Shown: one piece after another, positions 27,597-39,700 of the stretch
How the letters are laid out: every line of letters begins with the position of its first letter
Position numbering within the stretch: the stretch's first letter is position 1
Source: the human T2T-CHM13v2.0 reference genome, Homo sapiens
DNA length: 64,000 bases
Strand: one strand, 5' to 3'
NCBI RefSeq assembly: GCF_009914755.1
Contig: NC_060929.1
Made by a program: the position numbers and the translations under genes
The notes under the pieces: generated by a model
Database searches by the model: none
What the model saw: only the letters and a program-made list of their open reading frames with translations
What the model was told of the DNA's origin: nothing

Positions 27597-28927
27597 ACTC
27601 CCAGGCTCTTTAGATCTTAAACTATCTTCAGATTTACACGGGGTTATGAAAGAAAATATCTGTTTTCTCCTTGGTCCACAGTGTTAAAAAGGAAGGTTCA
27701 TTCCCTGAAAGAACCTTAAAGGAGCTTATCTATAACCACAGATGTAGCTGCCTCTCCAGTTCTAACTCTTGGTAACTTAGAATCACTATACTTACAGATT
27801 TTGTCATCTTCTCAAGTTCTGTTAAATGCCTTCTCAACATAGCCCATTTCTGGAATATGAATGCTTGTCTTCAAAGGCATTTTATGCAATCATTTATAAA
27901 GAAGAAGCAAATCTTTCATATTTTGATGTAATTTGCTGTTATAAATTATATTGACGTTTTGACTTTTTATGAGTAATTAGTTGGATATAAAATAGCATTA
28001 CTTTCAGTTAGTTGAACTATTCATTTCCATGAAAACCACTAATGCAAATAAAAAATATTTTATCACTGCTAAGGTTGCCAACATCATGTTAAGATGAGGC
28101 CTTTTATCACCCTCCCTTTATTAATGCATTTCATATCTATAAATTCCAGATCCTTTTACTTGAGACAAATAGTGCCAAAGGAAACTGTTCAATCATCTAG
28201 TATTGCCAACTGCTAGATTTTGTCTTTCTCAAGTGATCATAGCTGCTTATGGACATAATGATCACACTTTTCCATTATAATTAAAGAAAGATTTGAGTAA
28301 AAGGTAAAGAAAATGTTAGCGACTAAGAATAAGGGACCTTCTTGAAACAGCTTCTGATAATTCCAAGACACATTTGATACATTTTTCTTTGTGTACTTAT
28401 TCCTTTATAACTTACTGGTGCCAAGTTCTTATGTTGTTTGTTTGATTTGATCTTACTGTAGGAACAAAAGCAATGTTTGATTATTACATTTTTAATATTC
28501 AAGGTTTCTAACATAAAAAAATAAAAATTCATACTTAATGGATGCACCTATTCTTAAAAATAAGGATAATAATTACAGATACATCAATTCCATACATTTC
28601 ATTAAAATCCATTAATGTTAGGAAGAATCATTATGTGCATGAAGACTTTAGTATTTAACATTATTCAAGTTTTTGCTATACTCTGGCCTCTTTAACTTTA
28701 ATAGCCCTTTCTTGTCCAGATAGGAATTTATCCAATCGCACAGACGCAGAAGTACATTTCAGCTCATTAAAACGGAGGAGGACTTACTCTGGCAAAGTGT
28801 AATATCTTCCAAGTGCAGCTTCTAAGTTACCAAGAGTTAGAACTGGAGAGGCAGCTACATCTGCAGTTATAGATCACTTATCTTCCAAGTCTTCCCAGTG
28901 CAGCTAATTTGTTCTTTATGTGAGAAG

Positions 28928-28928
<1 letters not shown>

Positions 28929-28965
<37 letters not shown>
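28929..28965. repeat. (ATT)n microsatellite
   Basis: About 12 consecutive ATT units. Confidence 0.95.
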
Positions 28966-28966
<1 letters not shown>

Positions 28967-29484
28967 AGTATGAAACACTCTACTTATACAAAATGGCATA
29001 CCAGCCTTTTCCCTCTCCCTTTAAAAATAAACTACGGAGCACTGAATTATTTTTAATAATTGTGTGCTGTGTATAAGGAGGTGGGTGTAATTTTTAACAC
29101 CTTGAAAAAAATCATGAAATGTAAAGTAGAACTCCCCCATTTTTAAAATCAAATTATCAGTTTCATAAAAATAAGTGTTTTGTGAAAGGAAGTAATGTAG
29201 TAATCATGTCAGCAATCAATTTATTTTTCTCTTAATACTTGAGCCTGTATCTTGAAATAAAGGCTTTAAAAGGTGTTGACCTTTTTTTCTAATTATTAGT
29301 TTTGTATTTATAATTTTCATAGGCTATTAGTGGAAATTATTATTTACAATTGGGTAAATATGGGAAGCAAAATTTAAGTTTAGTCTTGAGGTAAGTGTAG
29401 GATTTCAGCAGCTAGAAATAAAAAAGAATGTGGAACAAAAAATTTAGGAAAGGGAACTGATGATGATAAGAAGAGTTCCTATAC

Positions 29485-29917
29485 TAATATGGTTAGGCTT
29501 TGTGTCCCCACCCAAATCTCATTTTGAATTGTAAACCCCATAATCCCCATAATCTCTATGTGTCAAGGGAGAGACCAGGTGGAGATAATTGAATCATGGG
29601 GGCGGTTTTCCCCATGTTGTTCTCATGATAGTGACTGAGTTCACATGAGATCTGATTATATTATAAGGGGCTTTTGGCTTTTCCCTTATACTGGAAGCTT
29701 TTGGTTTTCCAGTAAAAGTGTGGCTTTTAGTCCACACTTCTCCTTCCTGCTGCTTTGTGAAAAAGATGCCTTGCTTCCCCTTCGCCTTCTGCCATGATTG
29801 TAATTTTTCTGAGGCCTCCTCAGTCGTGCTGAACTGTGAGTCAATTAAACCTCTTTTCTTTCTAAATTATCCAGTCTCAGGTAGTTCTTTATAGCAGCAT
29901 GAAAATGGACTAATACA
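29485..29917 (+). mobile_element. THE1 (C/D-like) MaLR solo LTR carrying an internal insertion
   Basis: 'taatatggttaggctttgtgtccccacccaaatctc...gagtcaattaaacctc...ggactaataca'; TSD-like tatac/tatct. Confidence 0.92.
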
Positions 29918-31277
29918 TATCTACTACTTAGCTAATCTGTTCGGGCACTATGATATTGGCTTTTCTTGTTATTTTGTAAAATTTTATCTTGATATAATCT
30001 TATTTTCTATGACATATGAGGAAACTAATGCAAGATATGTTATGTGACTAACCAGAATAAATTATCAACTACTTGAATTACTAGTATTAAGAAGTTACTT
30101 TTAGTCTAGGTCTTTCTGACATAGGTGAATGCTATTTCAAATACACCTATCAGGTGAACAGAAAGTGCTGAGTTTTCCATAGGTCCTCCAAAGAACCCAA
30201 AATTATTCTTATGACATTAGTTTGCATTATGTTGAAAATTGCTATGACTCTCTTTGTTTTGCTTTATATTACTGCATTTCATTTTATTTCATTTTACTTA
30301 TTTTTTTCAGGGGAAAAATATTTCAGCTCTTGTCTTGAGCTAAGTTATGAAAATTACAGTGAGGAAAATTCTGTATGTGCTATGCACTATATTCATATAC
30401 AAATGTATATGCTATATTATTTTTATTTACTTTAAGAAATTTATTTAAATAGGATTTTTTATAACATGGTTGGGACATCAGTAACCCTTACCATTCGCAG
30501 AAATAACCATAATGTTATTAACTATTAATTTTTTGCATCATTGTAAGATCTCATTACAAACAATATCTAAATCTTATTTGGAAAAACAATGCATACATAC
30601 ATTTGGCAAATGCCAATATTCTTGCATGAAACTTTTAGACTCCTACTTGCATAATTACTGTTCCTGAAGGTACGTAAGAAGACTTATTCTCATTTGCAGG
30701 GACAGTTTGCCTAAAGACAGTTTGACCTCAACAACCTATAGTGGCATACATTTGGCAAACTCCAGTTTTCTTTCCATAGGGGAGTACAAGATGCCTTATT
30801 TTGGCCCTGTCTTTAATTTCTAAAGAGGCAGGCTCCTCTAGCCACTTTCCTACTTTTGAAATTAACAAAAGAAAATAGTCAGTGTCTATGTTCACTCAGT
30901 CTATGTTCAAGTGCAACCATAAACTCCACAGGGTATATCAGACTCTCTCAAGTATTCTCCATGTTTCAATCTAATAAATTTCCAAATCATTTCTTTTTCT
31001 TCCATTTCTTTTTCACATTTTCCTAAGTATGGTAATTGCAACTCTATTAAACTTATAGGCTATAACCTCCTACAGCTGGATCATCTGAGTCTTTTTCTGT
31101 TGTCTATTTTTCCCTTAGAAACATCATCTGGAACCTCTAAAGAGAGTAAGAGAAAATTATAATCAACCTAAAATTACCAGATATTCTAAGAGAGAGGACG
31201 AGCCCCAGATGAAGGGAAAAACCAAGCTTTATACATATATATATATATATATATAAATTAATAAATAAATAATAAAT

Positions 31278-32467
31278 GGGTTATGCAACACATAATAATG
31301 TTGTAGTCAACTACAGGACACATATATGAAGGTAGTTCAAATAAGATTATAGTGAAGTTGAAAAATTCCTTTCACTTAGTGATGTTGTAATAAAATACAT
31401 TATTCACATTTTTTTGGTGATAATAGTATACTAAACAAATCTGCTGTTCTGCCAGTCATACAAAAATGTAGCACATACAATTATGTAGAGTACATAATAT
31501 TGATAATCATAATGATTACTATGTTACTGATTTATGTATTTACATTACACTTTTTATTGTTATTTTAGAATATACACCTTCTACTTATGAAAGCAAAGGT
31601 GAACTGTAAAACAGACTTAAGCAGGTCCTCTAAAAGGCATTATCCTCATAGGAGATGACAGCTCTATGTGTGTTATTGCTCCTAAAGATCTTCCAGAAAA
31701 ACAAGATGTGAATGTGGCAGGTGGTAATACTGATGATCCTGACCTTGTGTAGGCATAAGCTAATGTGTGTCTGTCTTCGTTTTTAATAAAATAACTTACA
31801 AAGTCAAATAAATAAATATACTTTAAGAATAGAGAAAAGCCTATAGAACAAGGATATGAAGAAAGAAAACCTTTTGAATAGTTGTACAACATGTTCTTGT
31901 TTTAAGTGTAATTACAAGAGTAAAGAAGTTTAAAAAATTAAGATTATAAAGTAAAAAAGTTACAGTAAGCTAACATTCAATAACAACAAATTTTTATTAA
32001 ATTTATTTTAAATTTTTGTGTAGCCTAAGTGTACAGTGTTTATAAAATCTGCAGTAGTGTACAGTAATGTTCTAGGCCTTCACATTCACTCACCACTCAC
32101 ACACTGACTCACACAGAGCAACTTCTAGTCCTGCAAGCTCCATTCATGGTAAGTGCCCTACACAGGGGCACCATTTCTTAAAATCTTTTATACTGTATTT
32201 TTACTGTGTCTTTTCTATATTTAGATATGTGTAGATAGACAAATACTTACCATTGCATTACAATTGCCCACAGTACTACATACAGCAACATATTGTAAAG
32301 GTTTGTAGCCTAGGAGCAATAAACTATCACACTTAGCAATCAGCTAGGTGTGTAGGAGACTATACCATCTACATTTGTGTAAGTACATGCTATGATGTTT
32401 GTACAATGACAAAATTGCATAACACATTTCTCAGAAGGTGTCCCCATTGTGAAGTGGCATATGACTA
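31278..32467. mobile_element. Tigger3b (MER7B)-like TcMar-Tigger DNA transposon, ~1.2 kb non-autonomous
   Basis: Hallmarks 'ataggagatgacagctc', 'gatgatcctgaccttgtgtagg', 'ggccttcacattcactcaccactcac', 'gcaagctccattcatggtaagtgccctacacagg'; ends resemble TIRs (..ttatgcaacacataa / ..gcatatgact). Confidence 0.88.
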
Positions 32468-33594
32468 TTTATGTAGGTGTGTATGTGTGTCACCCTCTCT
32501 CTCTCTCTAAAGATTTTTGAGAAATAAACAATGATATTTTTAAAAACTTAGAAGCCTGGAAAGAGAAACAAATATAGTTATTAATAACAATAATTTGGTT
32601 AGTATAGTAGCATTATCCGTGATACATATTTTTGTTATTACACAGGTTCTTTATAAGTAGTTATTTTAATGATTTTAGTCACAACAAAACAGAAAAAATA
32701 TATATATTTCTAATTTTTAAAATAGGTAAGTATTTCCTTTTATTTGTTCTGGTTTATTTGATGTGTGTCCTAAATAAGACTTGTTTTCCCAAAAAAGATA
32801 TTCTGGACATGCAGAGCTCAGTCTCTATGCTCAATATAAAGGCTGATTTAAGTCTCACTAATAAGAAAATGGAGTCCAGTTTATAATGTGCAAATATTTC
32901 TTATTCTTTCACTTTGTGCTAGCCCGGATTTATCATTTCTGGCTCTTCAGAAGATGAGTATTCATAATACAAATGGTCATTACTTAACCGAGTTGTAATT
33001 CATTTCAACATTATGTAACATTTTTTCTTAGTAATAAAGCATCTATTTTTATTGTTATCTAATATGTCAAGTAGTGCTTATATTACCTGGGCCAATGTTA
33101 ATTTAACAAAAACATTCTGAATATTTGTGCCAAGAGAGGTTCAATTATGTTATTGCTCAACCATTTCAGCCAATCTGTTTTTATTTTCAAAGAATAGAGA
33201 AAAGCCTATAGAACGTGGATATGAAGAAAGAAAACCTTTTGAATAGTTGTACAACATGTTCATGTTTTACAACATGGTTCTTAGAACCACCCTTTAATTA
33301 AGGGTCTGATACATTTCTCCCCTCTCATTATCTGTTTGTAAATCTATCACAAGGTAAACAATTTAAGATAGAACACATGAAAATTTACCACATCAAAACT
33401 AGTAGATAAATCATGTAGCTGTGAGCATGATAGTCAAGTTATCCCTCTCGGTAGCTAAATGTAAACTCCTTGGATAAAGTTATTAATGGAAGAGAAATGG
33501 GTTGGGGAAAGAAAAAGAGTATCTGAGGAATTACAGTAACTACAAATACTTTACCCTAAACAATTCCTGCTCAGAAACAATGACACATTATTCA

Positions 33595-34375
33595 TACATT
33601 CATTCTACAGATTGTAAGTTCATTAAAGGCAGAGAAACCAAGGTCCTATTCATCACTGTTTAAGCAGCACCTAGCATGGTGTCTTATATATAGTAGAAAG
33701 TTAAAATAACATACTGAATAGCTGTTGGTATTTATAAAATTAGCTTACAACTCTGTGGGGTCCCTCATCCTGAAAACATTGCAATGATCTGCCAGTGAGT
33801 GTGAATTATAAGTCTCTAATCCCATTCTCTGTGTAATATTTTCTCCCATAAACTCCAAAATGCCAGCATCATTACTGAGAATAATTATTATTAATTCAGA
33901 AAAACTACAGGTATTTATTAAGTATCCACAAAGTAATAGGCACTGTGTTAGGTAAACAAGTCAAACACACACTCAATTTCCTATAGCTCACAGTCTGTTA
34001 AAACAGTCAAATTCAATATAATGGAATTAGTGGTATAATGGGAATAATAGAGGGTACACTCTAAATAGGAAGGTGCCTAAACACCTTGCATTATGTCAGG
34101 AAAAGCTCCAAAGAGAAAGTGGTAACTAATCTGAGAAGTGAATGAAATATAAGCTGATCAAATGGAGATTTGAGAATGAATGTTTCCGGAAGAAGGTTCT
34201 GTAGCTAAAACAAAAACTTTAGTTGAGAGAAACTTTGGCTTCAATGAGAAATGGAAAGAAATTCAATAATTCTGATGCAGAGAATGGGTGAGGGGAGAGA
34301 TGAGGATGAAATACTGCGTGGGGTAAGGGAAGGAAAGTAAAAAGAAGCTAGATTATAAAAGGCCTTGTAAATTCC
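33595..34375. mobile_element. L2 fragments (plus 3' end ~33595-33720; minus ~33890-34375)
   Basis: 'agattgtaagttcattaaaggcagag...cacctagcatggtg' and 'tatttattaagtatcc...aggcactgtgttagg'. Confidence 0.65.
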
Positions 34376-34904
34376 CACATCTGTGCTTTTATGTCATCTT
34401 TGATATTTACAAATCACTTTCATCTTTGAATTGCCCAGTTTTTGACTTATTATTCATTGAATTTGCAATATATTTTTCTCATATATCCTAAAGGACTTCA
34501 GATCAGATAAATGTGAAAAGTTATTTCTATATTTGGTAAAGTTTAACACATTCATTCGATTCTTGTGAGTTTTAAAGAATTTCATTGACTGGGATATTTA
34601 TGGAAACCTACAGATGATAACCAGAAAAACCTCAGGAAAAAAGTAATTTTCAAAGTATTCTAGGTATACTTTGAATTATTTACATACTAAAATAATCTTA
34701 TCTAGTTGAGATATTATATATTTTTATGTATTATAATTTGAATTTGAGTACTATTAGAATAAATTATTTAGTAAGCAAATGAAATACTATTGGTTGCAGA
34801 ATCCCAAAAAGAGCACATGTAAAACAAATCATAGATCAAATCAATTTCATCTCTTAATAGTCCATTTAGACTTTGTGCTTTGTACACTGTAACAAATAGA
34901 ATGC

Positions 34905-35470
34905 CCCACAGCTACAGGTAACAAAGTATTTAACTTGAAATAAGTTTAATTAAATTTTTCTGTCTTATAATGAAAAGGCCTGATAGTAGAACTTTATGAA
35001 ATATTACCCCAAATGTTCAAAAAAATGACTGAGAACCTTAGAACCCTTTTTATCTCTGCCATTCTCAGAACACTGGTCTTGTCTTCTTTCTAAGTCTCCT
35101 ACTGTCACACACTGGGTGCTGCAGTTCCATGCATCACACAAAAACACAATAATGTCCAGTGGGGAAAATAAGGTGCAGCTTCCTCCAATTTAGTTACTTT
35201 AAAAACAGACATGTTTCCAAGAAACCCTCTTGCTGACATTTCTTCACTTCCCATTGGACGGAACTGTTTTCACATGCCAGTCCTACATTAATCATCTGTA
35301 AATGGTTTGAGATTTCCATAATGAGTTTACCCTAAAGCAGATTTACTTTTAAATTTAGGAGAGGGTTGTTATGTTTTTACAGTAGATAACTGAACAAAAT
35401 CAGATTCTGCTAATAAAAAAGAATGAAAGAAATGGTTGTTGGTTAGAAATAGAAATCATATACTGTCTGA
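34905..35470 (-). mobile_element. MaLR LTR, MLT1J/K-like
   Basis: 'ctctgccattctcag...gctgcagttccatgcatcaca...cccattggacggaactg...aacaaaatcagattctg'. Confidence 0.6.
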
Positions 35471-35648
35471 TATATTCACACCCACATGACTGGTAAAATA
35501 ATATAATACAATTTCATTTTATTAATAATATAATATAATTATATTATTAATTTTATTAATATTTGGAAAAATATGAAGTTAAGTTCAGTGGATAATTATG
35601 TATTTATTGTACTCTGAACATTACTAGTTTGATTCTTGGCTTAGTTGC

Positions 35649-36038
35649 TGTATCAGGCTGGTCTTGTATTTCTGTGAAGAAATCTTGAGACTGGGTAATT
35701 TGGCTCACGGTTCTGCTGTCTGTAAAGGAAGTGTATATAGGAGCATCTGCTTCTGGAGAGGTCTCAAGAAGCTTCCAATTATGGTGAAAGGCAAAGGGGA
35801 AGCAGTCACATAACATGGTGAGAACGAATGGGAGCAAGAGAGAGAGAGTGGGGGGAGGGAGGTGTCACACACTTATAAATGACCAGATCTCTCAAGAACT
35901 GACTATCATGAAGACAGCACCAAGCAATGAGGGATCTGCCGCCATGATCCCAAAACCTCCCACCAAACCCCACCTCCAGCACTGGGAATTACAATTCAAC
36001 ATGAGATTTGAGCAGGGATAAATACGCAAAGTATATAA
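35649..36038 (-). mobile_element. MSTA-like MaLR solo LTR
   Basis: 'gagactgggtaattt...ggctcacggttctgc...ttacaattcaacatgagatttg'; perfect 5-bp TSD gttgc (35644-35648, 36039-36043). Confidence 0.92.
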
Positions 36039-36713
36039 GTTGCCAATAATATAATTATACAGTTTTCAAATACCAGCAATGAAATACAATTTTATATATA
36101 TATATGAGCATTTGCTTATAGATAAACATTTCTAAATTGCTTCATAAGGCATGAAAATATTTAACTTGAATAATATTATAGGGATAAAAGATAATCTGTA
36201 AAGTGCTATGCACAAAAACTGGCACATGCTACATGCTCAGTAATTGACAGGCAAATCGATGCCCCATAAAAGGCATAAAAGTAAATGATGGATTTTGTTT
36301 ATTCCTGAGTTCTTCTTAATGCTCACCTACGTAGTAATATATGGCAAATGCAGTTCTCATCTTTTTATATTTTCTTAATCTAAAATCATCATATTTGTAT
36401 GACTTTATAGTCAGTGGGCTAAGTTGTCTTCACTACATGTTGTATGAAAATATGTCTCTGGGAGATTTTAGTAGTCAATAATGTAATTCCCAAGGTGATG
36501 AAATACAGATCTCATGGATAAAGAAATGGTAAAATACAATAGAATAAATTTGACAGGAAAATATTTTTGGCTGAGGGGTATACAATTGACTACCTATGTT
36601 AATAAGCAGTGTCTGTTATATTAAAAAGGGTTTTTACCTTTCCCAAAACAAAAATAGCAAATCAAATTGAAGCAGGTTGCATAGAATTTAATATATTGGC
36701 ACATGATTTTATT

Positions 36714-39700
36714 TTTGTAATTTTTTTTTAAGTTTGGGGGACATGTGTAAGTTTGTTTTGTAGGTAAACTTGTGTCATGGGGGTTTGTTGCACAGATTAT
36801 TTCATCACCCAGGTATTAAGCCTAGTATCCATTACTTATTTTTCCTGATCCTCTTGTGCCTCCCACATGAAAACTGGAAAAGCCACAATGTGTGTTGTTC
36901 CCCTCTGTCTGTGTGTTCTCATCATTTACCTCCCACTTACAAGTGAGAACACACAAGATTTGGTTTTCTGTTCCTATGCCAGTTTGCTAAGGATAATGGC
37001 CTCCAGCTCTATCCATGTCCCTGCAAAGAACATAATCTCATTTTTTATGGCTGCATAGTATTCCATGGTATATTTCTACCACATTTTCTTTATCCAGCCT
37101 ATCATAGGTGGGCATTTAGGTTGATTCCATGTCTTTGTTATTGTGAATAGTGCCACAATGAACACATCTGTGCATGTGTCTTTATAATATAACGATTTGT
37201 ATTCCTTTGGGTGTGTATCCAGTAATGGGATTTCTGGGTTGAATGGTATTTCTGTCTTCAGGTCTTTGAGGAATTGCCACACTGTCTTCCACAATAGTTG
37301 AACTAATTTACACTCCCACCAACAGTGTATAAGTGTTCTTTTTTCCCAAAACCTTGGAGCATCTGTTATTGTTTGACTTTTTAATAACAGCCATTCTGAC
37401 TGGTGTGAGATTTTATCTCCTTGTGGTTTTGATTTGCATATCTCTAATGATCAATGATGTTGAGCTTATTTTCATATGATTGTTGGACACATGTATGTCT
37501 TCTTTTAAAAAATGTCTGTTAATGTCCTTTGCCAGCTTTTTAATGGAGTTGTTCGTTTTTTTCCTGTGAATTTGTTTAAGATTTTACAGTTGCTGCATAT
37601 TAGATCTTTGCTGAATGTGTACTTCGCAAACATTTTCTCCCATTATGTAGGTTGTCTGTTACCTTGTTGATAGTTTCTTTTGCTGTGCAGAAGCTCTTTA
37701 GTTTAATTGAATCCTATTTATCAATTTTGTTTTTGTTGTAATTGCCTTTGTCATCTTCGTCATGGAATCTTTGCCTGTGCCTATGTTGTGAATGGTATTG
37801 CCTAGGTTGTCTTCCAGGATTAATATAGGCTTGAGTTTTACATTTAAGTCTTTAATCCACCTTGAGTTAATTTTTGTATATGGTGTACGGAAGGGGTCTA
37901 ATTTTAATCGTCTGGGTATGGCTAGCCAGTTATCCCAGCACAATTTATTGAATACAGAATGCTTCCCCATTGCTTATTTTTGCAAGATTTGTTGACAATC
38001 ACACAATTGTATATGTGCAGTCTTAATTCTGTGTTCTCTATTTTGTTCCACTGGTCTATGTGTGTGTTGTAGTACCAGCACCATACTGTTTTGGTTAGCC
38101 CTATAGCATAGTTTGAAGAAGGGCAACATGATGCCTCCAGCTTTGTTCTTTTTGCTTAGGATTGCCTTGGCTATTTGGGCTCCTTTTTGGTTCCAACTGA
38201 ATTTTAAAATAGTTTTTCTCTAGTTCTGTAAAAAATCTTAATGGTAGTTTAATAGGAATAGCATTGAATCTATTAATTGCTTTGGGCAGTATGACCATTT
38301 TAACAATGTTGATTCTTCCTATCAAAGAACATGGAATGTTTTTCCATTTGTTTGTGCCATCTTTGATTTCTGTGAAAAGTGGCTTGTAGTTCTCCTGGTA
38401 GAGATCTTTCAACTCCCTAGTTAGCTGCATTTCTAAATATCTCATTCTTTTGTGGCAATTGTGAATAAAAGCTCTGACCTGATCTGGTTCTTGGCTTGAT
38501 AATTATTTTTATATAAGAATGCTAGTGATTTTTGCAAACTAATTTTGCATTCTGAGACTTGCTGAAGTTCTTTATCAGCTTAAGAAGATTTTGAGCTGAG
38601 ACTAGGGGTTTTCTAGGTATAAAATCATGTCATCTGCACAGGGATAACTTAACTTTCTCTCTTCCTATTTGGATATTCTTTATTTATTTCTCTTGCCTGA
38701 TTGACCTGGTCAGGACTTCCAATACTATTTTGAATGAGAATGGTAAGAGTGGGCATTCTTGTCTTGGGTCGGTTTTTAAGGGGAATGCTTCTAGGTTAGC
38801 TCATTCAATATGATGTTAGCTGTGCATTTGTCATATATGGTTCTTATTACTTTGAGGTATGTTCCTTCAATACATAGTTTATTGAGAGTTTTTAACACAA
38901 ATGAATGTTGAAGTTAATTGAAAGCCTTTTCTTCATCTATTGAGATAATTATGTGTTTTTTATCTTTAGTTCTATTTATATGATGAAATCACATTTATTG
39001 ATTTGCACATGTTGAGTCAACCTTGAATCCTGGGATGAAGACTACTTGACATTTCTGGATAAGCTTTTTGATGGGTTGCTGGTTCGGTTTGCCAGTATTT
39101 TGTTGAGGGTTTTTGCATCACTGTTCATCAAGGATATTGGCCTGAAGTTTTTGTTGTTGTTGTTGTAGTTGTTGTTGTATCCCTGCCAGGTTTTGGTATC
39201 AGGAGGAAATTGGCCTCATAGAATAAGTTAGAGAGGAGTCTCTCCTCCTAATTTTTTAAAAATAGTTTTAGTAGGAATTGTACCAGCTCTTCTTTGTACA
39301 TCTGGTAAAATTCAGCTGTGAATCCATCTGGTCCTGGGCTTATTTTGGTTGGTAGGCTATTTGTTACTGCCTGTATTTCAGAGCTCATTATTGGTCTGTT
39401 CAGGGATTCAATTTCTTCCTGGTTCAGACTTGGGAGCGTGCATGTGTCCAGGAATCTAACCATTTCTTCTAGATGTTTGCAGAGTTGTTCATTATATTCT
39501 CTGATGGTTGGTTGTATTTCTGTGGGGTCAGTGGTAATATCCCCCTTGTAGTTTCTGATTGTGTTTATTTAAATCTTCTATATTTTCTTCTTTATTAGTT
39601 TAGCTAGTGGTCTATTTTATTAGTTTTTTCAAGAAACAACAGTTTATGTATTAGTTGATCTTTTGAATGGATTTTCATGTCTTAATATCCTTCAGTTCAG

